DNA of 24,000 nt. It comes from Alphaproteobacteria bacterium. GTDB lineage: Bacteria > Pseudomonadota > Alphaproteobacteria > JBILKX01. The stretch spans positions 2,715 to 26,714 of the forward strand of contig JBILKX010000001.1 of assembly GCA_044376435.1 (NCBI GenBank), in the 5' to 3' direction. Of the stretch, positions 18,401 through 24,000 are shown one piece after another. The notes under the pieces were generated by a model. The model worked only from the letters and a program-made list of their open reading frames with translations, was not told the DNA's origin and searched no databases. Position 1 is the stretch's first letter. The number at the start of each line of letters is the position of its first letter. The translations under genes were made by a program, and so were the position numbers.

Positions 18401-21400
18401 ATCTATGAGCTCCCGTCGGAGCTTGTCTTGAGTCATAGCGCTGAGTTTTTTAAACAGATTGAGATTGAATCTGGGATACTTTTCGAGCATTTCGCGTTCT
18501 TCAATCCGGTCACAGCCTTGAAGCTTCAGGTCTGTTAAGGTTGGCGCTTGCGCTATAAGCGTTGCGAGTTCAGTTTCTGGAAGATTTTTATCGCCTTGAA
18601 AGTCGGCAGACCTTAAGAGCGGACATTGAAGAGCTAATGTGCTTAATTTGGGACAGTGCGGGAGCGCCAACTTGCGCAGCCGAGGCGTATCGAGCCCAAG
18701 TCTTTCCAAGTTATCGCACGAGCTTATCGTTAAATGCGTGAGGTTTTTCATCCTTAAAGAAGTTGATTGGATCCAACTGGACAACCATGCACGGACATCG
18801 GGAGCGACATAGATTATCTCTGTAAGCCCTGGAAGGTCGTGCAAGCTTATCGAACTCAGTCCAGGCGATGTTTCAGATAACATCACAAAAATCTGCCCCG
18901 TTACCTCGGGACACTGACTTAACTGGAGGTGGGTCAGATTCGCCAGGGTAAACTTTTGCAGAATCATATTGGTTAAGGCGTGGGTATTGAGGCTTAGTGA
19001 ACGCCACTCATAGCGTTTGAGCTCCTCAAGCCACTGTTGTTGGCTGCTGAGGGGCAGCTTCCTCAAATCTAGGTTATGCGCTAAAAACTTCTCCCGCTGC
19101 GCTTGCATTGTGAGGGACTGAAAATCCTCTAAACTCTGGCCGAGGATTTCTTTGCGTAATTGCTCTTGAATCTTTTGTAATTCAATGAGGGCGGTGTGGG
19201 GACCGATGCCAACGCCGCGCTTTAGTTGGTCAAGGGTCATTTCGTTTGGCTCGACTTTCTGCGACCTCAAAACGGCCTGCGCTGTCGTTGAGGTTATGTA
19301 ACCGCCCTGAGCGTTGGTTTTATAGTCGCCGCCATCAACCCGCTTAAACCGTTCCGCGACGGAAATATTTTCGGCCAAGATCGCCTGATAGCGTTTGCCG
19401 AGTTCAGGCTCCAATTTCATCAAAAGATCTATAAAGGTTAAGTCTGGGTTGTTTTGGTTATCTTCTAAGATTTTTTGCAACCGGATAAGATCTGCATACA
19501 GCTGCTGAATCATGAGGGGGGTAAAAGGGACGCCAATAAAAGTGGGATTATGTTTTCGACTGAGAAAGACCTTTAGCTCGTCAGGCGTGAAGAGCCCCAT
19601 ATAGCTCTCATGAATTCCAGAGACTTTTTGCAGCCATTTGGTGGTTAACTCCCCCGGGTTGAGCGTGGTGCGAAAATGGTCCCTGACCTCTTGGGGGATT
19701 TTTTCTTTCATCTGATCTAGGCAAAAGAGCACCGACTTCACTCGCACCTTGAGCTTGGTGTTGCCGTCTTTGACTTCCGTTGCAAAGGTTGGGACAAAGC
19801 TGTGATCATTGTCGACACAGGTAATCGTATATCGCGTGGTCGTGGGGTGTGAATCGGGGACAAAGGGGGTGAGAATATAGTTATCTGGCTTGCCATCTTC
19901 TGGCCGAATTATCATCGTTGAGAGCAGGATTTTGCCGAGGCTGTTCAGGTCAAGCTGGGCGAGGGAGATCGGTTTCTTCTCAAGCACGTCTTGGAGATTA
20001 TCCCCTTTGATTCCCCCTGAGATCAAGACGGGATCTTCTCCCATACGCGTCAACTCAACGTAGGGGGCGCCATGGCCCGCGAGCAGACGCATCAGTTCTC
20101 CAGCGGCATACTCCATGCCAGGGAGTTCGGGATTAAGTTTGAAGTACAGCTCATAATCTCCATGAGTAGCTCTGCCAACAGGCGCGCGACCATAGGTTTT
20201 AAGGGCTTTAAACTCTCCTTTCGGACCTGTAAGTTGCTGGAACACGTCGGGGCGTAAAAAGCGGGTTTTCTGAGTCGCAGTTTTGATAGCGGTGCCGTTA
20301 CCCTTTGAGGGCAGTAGAGTCTCAAGAGCCATGCGCCAAGCAATTTCAGGGTTTCTGGATTCTAGAATTTTTAGGGCTGTAGCAAGGGGGGACTTTGCGC
20401 TAAGCTTGACGCTCTCTTGAAAATCTTGCAAGTGCCGCCAGTGGACGTGCTTGCCGGCTCCTTTATAAATGAGGTAGGAGACAATCTCAGAAGCTTTGAG
20501 CCTTAAGGCAAGATCAAGCGCGCTTTGCCTGTTGGAGTCTAGGGTCTCGATGATTCCAGGTTGCTCAAGGAGGACCTCTAGCCGTTGAATGACTTGCTGG
20601 GGGTCATCTTTATGCTGATTAATGATCTTGTGCAGCAGGGGCTGGTGGACTTTGTCAACCCAATGGGGATTGGCGCCAAGCTTGATCAGAAGTTTAAGCG
20701 CCGCCGCTGATAAGTCTTCGCGGACGATCTGCTGCAGTACTTCTGGCTGTCTCCAGCGATCTGGGATGAGCGTTAGGTGGGCGCGTTCAGCAAAACTGCG
20801 GGTGAGTTGCTCAACCAGGCCCGGTGTGGGGGAGAGGTTTGATAAGAGATTGTGGGTTAGCTCCCGGATGGTCTGGACGTTGTCCACTTTCTTAAGTTCA
20901 AGCTCACGCAGGAGCTTAAACAAGGGCTTTGCGGAGGGTCCTATCTTGTGACTAACATCGAGGAAGTCTTCAACTGGCTTGGGGACAGTCCACGTTTTTC
21001 CGTCCATAGCGGCATAGAGATGTGCGAATCCCTTGAGCGGATCTGGGTAGAGCTTCTTGAGTTTTTGATAGTACGCGAACGTGATTGGCTGGATGGTTTG
21101 GAGTAGCTGAGTGTGAGTAAACTCCGGATGGTCTTTGAGCGTAGCCTGGACCAAATGTATTTTGCTGAGAAGCTCTGTCGTTGTGCCGCTCTTCAGTTTT
21201 AAGGGAATCCTCAGGTCGTCGGAGAGGTCCTTTGATAACTTTAAGGTGCCATAGCGTTCATTTTTAGCGTCAAGCAACCCGAGCCATTGTAATACGATGG
21301 ACTCAGGGGCTTGTGCGATAAAGTTTTTATAAATTTCTTTCTCAACAACATGATTCATCAAGGGTAAAAAATAAAGTATGTTCCTAACGTTCATGTTGTG

Positions 21401-22270
21401 CTGGCTTGTGTGCGCCCCAGAAGTGATCGGGCCGAGCTCAGGGACTAAAGCTTCGTCATTATCGATGCCGATGATAAACGCCTTCTGCTTTTGGAAGTAG
21501 ACACGGAAGTTATCACCTTTTGCATCAGCTGGGTTGGTGAGAAGGCTGCTGAGAAACAGAGCGCTAAAGTTGGCTTTATCTACCTGATCATAGCTATACT
21601 TTTTCTGACCCACACCTTGGATGAAGTCTTGCAGGCTGATGCCCTCAACCGTGCGGGAGGCTTGGAGGACGTAAGAGTGAGGGACAGGGGTGAGATAATC
21701 CTGCGCAAAGGTGGGATTTTTTTCTAGAAAAGTATCAAGAGTCTTGGTGGCGAGAGCAAGGCAATACTCGGCGTTGGTAGGGGTGTCAGGCTTAGGCTGG
21801 AGGATAGTCACGTTCTGCAAAGAGACCAGAGCCGACGGCGTTGCCCCCTGACCAACGAGTAACTTTGTGATGCAGTACATGGCTGATTCCATGCCCGGTG
21901 TTAACGGCGGCATGCCATTTGCTTTGAAGTGTACACCGTCTTTAGCAACGACTGCGTGATTACCGTCTTGGTTTATTTTTAGAAGGCAGCCATACTTATC
22001 TTTTGAGATCAGGCGTAAGGCCATTTCCTGAGAGATTGCGTAAGCCTGGTCCAAGATATCGCTGTGCATGATGACCGCATATTGTGGAGTCTGTGGCCCA
22101 ACCGGCTGAGCATTTGTGGCGTGGATCATCAAGCGGCTGAGATCTTTGATATCCTGCTCGATGATGCTCGGGGGCCACAGCCTGGTATCGCTGAGCTCCA
22201 TTGCCCAGGTGGTCTGAAGGACCAGAGAATAACATAAGGTAAGGCTCAGTATGCGTTTGAAGATTCGCAT
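15422..22270 (-). CDS. Giant (2,282 aa) secreted multidomain eukaryote-like protein: signal peptide, kinase-like 1, ANK, kinase-like 2, FBXL-type LRR, RNI-type LRR, OTU-like protease, patatin phospholipase
   Basis: A single uninterrupted ORF. AAGGAG RBS lies 7 nt upstream of the ATG (22268-22270). Domain motifs were read directly from the translation; see the sub-features. Confidence 0.92.
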   Translation of the reverse strand: MRIFKRILSLTLCYSLVLQTTWAMELSDTRLWPPSIIEQDIKDLSRLMIHATNAQPVGPQTPQYAVIMHSDILDQAYAISQEMALRLISKDKYGCLLKINQDGNHAVVAKDGVHFKANGMPPLTPGMESAMYCITKLLVGQGATPSALVSLQNVTILQPKPDTPTNAEYCLALATKTLDTFLEKNPTFAQDYLTPVPHSYVLQASRTVEGISLQDFIQGVGQKKYSYDQVDKANFSALFLSSLLTNPADAKGDNFRVYFQKQKAFIIGIDNDEALVPELGPITSGAHTSQHNMNVRNILYFLPLMNHVVEKEIYKNFIAQAPESIVLQWLGLLDAKNERYGTLKLSKDLSDDLRIPLKLKSGTTTELLSKIHLVQATLKDHPEFTHTQLLQTIQPITFAYYQKLKKLYPDPLKGFAHLYAAMDGKTWTVPKPVEDFLDVSHKIGPSAKPLFKLLRELELKKVDNVQTIRELTHNLLSNLSPTPGLVEQLTRSFAERAHLTLIPDRWRQPEVLQQIVREDLSAAALKLLIKLGANPHWVDKVHQPLLHKIINQHKDDPQQVIQRLEVLLEQPGIIETLDSNRQSALDLALRLKASEIVSYLIYKGAGKHVHWRHLQDFQESVKLSAKSPLATALKILESRNPEIAWRMALETLLPSKGNGTAIKTATQKTRFLRPDVFQQLTGPKGEFKALKTYGRAPVGRATHGDYELYFKLNPELPGMEYAAGELMRLLAGHGAPYVELTRMGEDPVLISGGIKGDNLQDVLEKKPISLAQLDLNSLGKILLSTMIIRPEDGKPDNYILTPFVPDSHPTTTRYTITCVDNDHSFVPTFATEVKDGNTKLKVRVKSVLFCLDQMKEKIPQEVRDHFRTTLNPGELTTKWLQKVSGIHESYMGLFTPDELKVFLSRKHNPTFIGVPFTPLMIQQLYADLIRLQKILEDNQNNPDLTFIDLLMKLEPELGKRYQAILAENISVAERFKRVDGGDYKTNAQGGYITSTTAQAVLRSQKVEPNEMTLDQLKRGVGIGPHTALIELQKIQEQLRKEILGQSLEDFQSLTMQAQREKFLAHNLDLRKLPLSSQQQWLEELKRYEWRSLSLNTHALTNMILQKFTLANLTHLQLSQCPEVTGQIFVMLSETSPGLSSISLHDLPGLTEIIYVAPDVRAWLSSWIQSTSLRMKNLTHLTISSCDNLERLGLDTPRLRKLALPHCPKLSTLALQCPLLRSADFQGDKNLPETELATLIAQAPTLTDLKLQGCDRIEEREMLEKYPRFNLNLFKKLSAMTQDKLRRELIDVSLTELNLAQNQIDDQGAQFFADILQRNAALTQLNLTWNQIGASGAASMAQALLTNSALRQLDLSINQIGDKGAASMAQALLTNSALRQLDLEDNQMGASGAASIAQALLTNSALRQLNLGSNYIGAKGAASIAQALLTNSALRQLNLGHNEIGDQGAASIAQALLTNAALTRLDLGQNQIGASGAASMAQALLTNSALRQLNLGSNQMGDQGAASMAQALLSNSALTDLNLVGNQIGDSGAASMAQALLSNSALTWLDLSHNQIGEKLRHEISEAVERNRSRQASSGRQLLQTQIPSMASPKAEKPVSPLLIPLSTASLPTVSLPLKGKLSPQGHTLIFEEAKMSEFDTVHNAASCGFNVLGLDRDTAVEKLLESQNQPEIAKEIRQLIQSEIKAALVTGTLPPTLKDSGGQALAQQYHKAQSDMDETLRKINTSLKTSVFHEAAALLKLFDTMADAFYTSEKAALLKAIKICDDIERTLNTYGLDPDIFTEFVLGYLAKGGWLSYIPGSTASLDALAKLTNTKAHVWQKKPGSSQEVICVHTANPSATGNTVYALHTHGLTHYNLLILKEESPGMERAENNGKQEVSHGNELSSITAIPERISQTTFLDEGSPFWTKPLANPTEGYVSDTRHAFPKDTPNHYYGLSICGGGIRGLIPAVILEALETRSKDYTKKAFQIHELFDYLGGTSIGGILALGCTASADGHTRQIADLAELTKLFTEHGHKIFTPKTMGILENKYSADGLEALLSHSFQDLHLSDTLTNVLVTTVDGSTSPFTPFIFDSWNAQRHAHWDFLMRDVGRATSAAPTYFSSAQIYNLRRTRPTYSHHEIMNWKPAEKPYTFLDGGIWKNNPAELVLEAIKRRHEDILPYEQNVHILSLGTGQGTSDYRAVNPEAGKLGWLLPLIFAQMDLSSNIDNAMHTKLGKRYLSLQPELRDERGIPFNGDLADAKPEYLQLYQDLAHKELKKHKTQLEEMLRQQVEYQAQKREFL
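15671..16474 (-). other. Patatin-like phospholipase domain (aa ~1933-2200)
   Basis: Oxyanion GGGIRG (16433-16450, verified at nucleotide level), nucleophile elbow G-T-S(1981)-I-G, catalytic Asp in FLD(2136)GG, and the conserved ATSAAPTYF block. Confidence 0.88.
16691..17368 (-). other. OTU-like cysteine protease (putative deubiquitinase) module, aa ~1635-1860
   Basis: Cys box FDTVHNAASC(1647)GFNVLG. A long helical insertion follows, then the His box NTVYALHTHGLTH(1854)YNLLI, which resembles the OTU C-terminal motif (VYLLY...GHYD.L). The Asp of the usual D-G-N-C box is not obvious. Confidence 0.4.
17603..18394 (-). repeat. Tandem 84-bp repeat array encoding about nine 28-aa RNI/NLR-type leucine-rich repeats (aa 1293-1556)
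   Basis: Unit consensus: LRQLNLGSNQIGDQGAASMAQALLTNSA. The eight core units (17639-18310) are near-identical at DNA level (recurring gtctcagagcgga(g/a)tttgtgagcagagcctgggc(c/g)atcgatgccgcc). They are flanked by a degenerate first unit and a capping half-unit. Confidence 0.9.
18506..18988 (-). other. Cysteine-containing LRRs (FBXL/AMN1 type), aa ~1095-1255
   Basis: Repeated L..L.L..C..(L/I)T pattern: NLTHLQLSQCPEVTG, LSSISLHDLPGLT, NLTHLTISSCDNLERL, LRKLALPHCPKLSTL, LTDLKLQGCDRI. Confidence 0.6.
19781..20203 (-). other. Atypical kinase-like module 2 (aa ~690-830)
   Basis: ELYFK(711)LNPELPGMEYAAGELMRLLAG; PVLISGGIKGDNLQDVL; EDGKPD(796)N(797)YIL; TCVD(820)ND(822)HSF. It aligns colinearly with module 1. 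Confidence 0.45.
20453..20758 (-). other. Ankyrin-repeat-like region (aa ~505-606)
   Basis: AAALKLLIKLGANPHWVDKVHQPLLHKII... and ...NRQSALDLALRLKASEIVSYLIYKGAG fit the ANK helix-turn-helix consensus (L..GA(N/D)....G.T.LH.A). Confidence 0.55.
21371..22003 (-). other. Atypical kinase-like module 1 (aa ~90-300)
   Basis: VHFK(116)ANG..PLTPGMESA...LL.G; hinge-like ..QASRTVEGISLQDFI; DAKGD(253)N(254)FRV; IGID(270)ND(272)EAL. This matches the Lys / Glu / D-x-x-x-x-N / DxD pattern of protein-kinase-like or PI3/4-kinase-like folds. It is paralogous to module 2. Confidence 0.45.
22202..22270 (-). other. Sec-type signal peptide of the giant protein (aa 1-23)
   Basis: MRIFKRILSLTLCYSLVLQTTWA|MEL: basic n-region, hydrophobic core and a small-x-small (T-W-A) cleavage context. 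Confidence 0.65.
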
Positions 22271-22378
22271 AGCGAGACTCCTTGAAGAAAAATAGCGACG
22301 ATGAAAAATGAATCGTGCTTAAGTTAATTTTTACAATTTTAACAAATAAATTGGCAAATAGGAAGTATATACCCAATG

Positions 22379-22416
22379 CAAATGGAAAAGCGGAGAATTT
22401 GAGAAAGGGAATTTGG
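22379..22416. repeat. Dispersed intergenic module Y, copy A (upstream of the giant gene)
   Basis: CAAATGGAAAAGCGGAGAATTTGAGAAAGGGAATTTGG versus CAAATGGAAAAGGGGGGAATTTGAGAGGGGAGTTGA at 23744-23779, in the same orientation. Confidence 0.6.
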
Positions 22417-22560
22417 CTCAGGCCCAACTAGATACGCAAGGTTTTTTCAAGCGCCGGTCGTGAGTCATAATTCCCCGCTCAAAAATCCACTTTTTCATTT
22501 GGATTGGGTATCGCCCTTAAAAACGTTCTTGGATAAAATTTTTTAAGCATTGGTTTAAGA

Positions 22561-22592
22561 TGTATCGATCCTAAGCCACGTTTAGGACTTAC
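22561..22592. repeat. Right copy of the 32-bp direct repeat bracketing the giant gene; overlaps the def stop codon
   Basis: See the 15377-15408 feature. It contains the hairpin TCCTAAGC-cac-GTTTAGGA. The def stop codon TAA is at 22582-22584, inside the repeat. Confidence 0.8.
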
Positions 22593-23217
22593 GTGACGAC
22601 TCCGCTTTGAGCTCAGCGAGCAACTCTTGTACGGCAGCTTTACCCTTGGTTTTTTCAAGCTCTTGCAGGCGTAGTGTCCACATGTCAGCTTCAAGGCCGT
22701 GAGGAGAGGATGGATCGTATAGTTCATGACACAGTTGCCCATGGCAGTGGTCAATTTCGTGCTGCAGTAATCTGGCTAGGTAGCCCTCAGCAGTGTTGCT
22801 GATCCACTCCCCGTGTTCATTTTGCCCTTCATAATGAATAACCGTATAACGGTAGACTTTGCCGCGTTCGTTTTTTACCGAAAAACACCCCTCCCAATCG
22901 AGGGTTTTGCCGCGATCTTCTACGCCACGATAAGATGGATTCAGGAGTACTGTAACAGGAACTAACTCCTTCACATCGTTCCGCCATTGTAGCGCACGCT
23001 CAGGGACATGGAATACAATGACGGCTTTCCTGTAGCCAAATTGTGGCGCAGCAAACCCAGCGGCGTTATATTCTATGAGGGCACTTTTCATCTTGTGAAT
23101 GAGGGTCTTGTCTTCATCAGATAAGGGAAATTGGACCAGTTGCGCCGGATTAGTCAAAGTGTCCGCGCCATATGAGTCTGTAATGTCGATAAGTTTTAGG
23201 GGGCTATCTAGAGACAT
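22582..23217 (-). CDS. def: Peptide deformylase, divergent long form (211 aa)
   Basis: The three PDF motifs are present: AAGFAAPQFG (motif 1, variant of GxGxAAxQ), WEGCFSV (EGCLS) and QHEIDHCHG (HExxH). There is an extra N-terminal ~35 aa and a helical C-terminal tail. Confidence 0.85.
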   Translation of the reverse strand: MSLDSPLKLIDITDSYGADTLTNPAQLVQFPLSDEDKTLIHKMKSALIEYNAAGFAAPQFGYRKAVIVFHVPERALQWRNDVKELVPVTVLLNPSYRGVEDRGKTLDWEGCFSVKNERGKVYRYTVIHYEGQNEHGEWISNTAEGYLARLLQHEIDHCHGQLCHELYDPSSPHGLEADMWTLRLQELEKTKGKAAVQELLAELKAESSRKS

Positions 23218-23270
23218 AATATCACCCTTTAAAATAATTGGATTTTGGAAATTATCAAAGGATCAAAAAG

Positions 23271-23346
<76 letters not shown>

Positions 23347-23395
23347 ATATGGTTATGGACCCTACTTGGTTTGCTTGTAAAAGTCAACCTGTTTT

Positions 23396-23469
23396 TGGAG
23401 GCCAGGACCGGAATCGAACCGACGTACAAGGATTTGCAGTCCTCTGCATGACCACTCTGCCACCCGGCC
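23396..23469 (-). tRNA. tRNA-Cys (anticodon GCA), CCA encoded
   Basis: Reverse complement: GGCCGGG-TG-GCAG-AGTGGTC-ATGC-A-GAGGA-CTGCAAA-TCCTT-GTAC-GTCGG-TTCGATT-CCGGT-CCTGGCC-T-CCA. The discriminator U and the short D stem are typical of tRNA-Cys. The T stem has two G-U pairs. Confidence 0.85.
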
Positions 23470-23743
23470 TCAAAGTATATAAATCTAGTACCACAAATAG
23501 ATTGGTTGAGGCAAATACTTTTGATGTTTTGTGTGAAAATATTAATGACAATCGCTTAATAGTCATGTAAAATTATGACAATTTAGGCTTGTTGCCTTGT
23601 ACTCTGGATTGTTTCTTAACTAGCGATATTCTTGGGTGTAACGCAATTCGAAGGCCTTGGTACTAAGCTTAAGGTTTGTTAAAATATTGCCGACTTCTTA
23701 CTTTTAAGTCAACTTAGTGGATATATAAGTTAAGTCGTTAGCA

Positions 23744-23779
23744 CAAATGGAAAAGGGGGGAATTTGAGAGGGGAGTTGA
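23744..23779. repeat. Dispersed intergenic module Y, copy B
   Basis: Matches 22379-22416. It lies in the AT-rich non-coding region to the right of the tRNA pair. Confidence 0.6.
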
Positions 23780-24000
23780 TTCAATACTAATATTGAAAAG
23801 CCGCTCGTCGGTACCGACTAAATAAACTCCGCGCCGGCGCTCACTTTTCCTCGTATATGACATACCCAATACAAGGTTTTGAACATTGAACTCACGGAGC
23901 CTTGCGTTACAAAATATATGCAAGGTTCTGAAGGGGGGGCCGGAAAAAGACGATATGAGAGGTTTGTCTTCGCCTATGGCTTCGTCAGACGCGCAGCTCA

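Noticed and set aside
15507-21727. Plus-strand track ORFs inside the giant gene (15507..15734, 15803..15985, 16721..17002, 17217..17525, 17518..17820, 20072..20257, 20622..20951, 21491..21727) and minus-strand 20092..20343.
   Set aside because: All are short, lack an RBS, have biased or unnatural composition and overlap a strongly supported long ORF. 17518..17820 merely mirrors the tandem repeat periodicity.
21996-22427. 143-aa minus-strand ORF spanning the giant-gene start and its upstream region.
   Set aside because: It is out of frame with the giant CDS and covers the repeat modules and promoter region. It has no RBS. The giant gene has a strong AAGGAG RBS at its own ATG.
15330-22592. Calling the repeat-bracketed segment a mobile element (integrative island or transposon).
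   Set aside because: There is no integrase, transposase, IS terminal inverted repeats or conjugation genes in the window. Only the direct repeat and proximity to tRNA genes support mobility, so it is reported as a finding and not annotated as a mobile_element.
22479-22754. 91-aa minus-strand ORF overlapping the def 3' end.
   Set aside because: It is out of frame with def, which carries all three PDF motifs. Its N-terminal part covers the repeat and intergenic sequence.
23738-23923. 61-aa minus-strand ORF in the right-hand non-coding region.
   Set aside because: It is built from the dispersed repeat modules X and Y and palindromes. It has no RBS, and its similarity to the N-terminus of the rejected 21996..22427 ORF simply reflects the DNA repeat.
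23900-24000. G-rich sequence at the right edge (GAAGGGGGGGCCGGAAAAAGACG...) was checked as a possible start of tmRNA, RNase P RNA or rRNA. A possible ATG at 23955 (MRGLSSPMASSDAQL...) was also considered.
   Set aside because: There is no recognisable conserved RNA 5' motif. The ORF fragment is only 15 codons with a weak RBS, which is too little sequence to call.

Overview
The window looks like a chromosomal segment from a host-associated, probably alphaproteobacterial, bacterium. That placement is an inference from gene content and adrenodoxin-type Fdx; no search was possible. About 17 kb is ordinary housekeeping sequence. It holds a truncated class A PBP at the left edge (missed by the ORF track), hscA-fdx-iscX, motB-motA, gltA, tRNA-Thr, rpsF-rpsR, murJ, holC, mfd and ybeY. 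At the right end are a divergent peptide deformylase and tRNA-Asn plus tRNA-Cys. Two loci stand out. (1) A 6.85-kb minus-strand gene (15422..22270) encodes a 2,282-aa protein. It carries a Sec-type signal peptide, two paralogous atypical kinase-like modules flanking ankyrin repeats, cysteine-containing FBXL-type LRRs and about nine near-identical 28-aa RNI-type LRRs (84-bp tandem DNA repeats). These are followed by an OTU-like cysteine-protease module and a C-terminal patatin phospholipase with an intact GGGxRG / GxSxG / DGG triad. The gene and its promoter region sit between convergent ybeY and def and are bracketed by a 32-bp direct repeat (28/32 identical, 18-bp perfect core), which suggests an insertion. 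(2) An orphan 372-aa protein (7079..8197) has an internal ~185-bp in-frame duplication and ends in CVIA, a eukaryotic CaaX prenylation box. Short sequence modules, including the 9-mer ATTGGGTAT, recur only in intergenic regions. All domain calls come from motif reading by eye. Coordinates were hand-counted and need HMM or structure searches to confirm.
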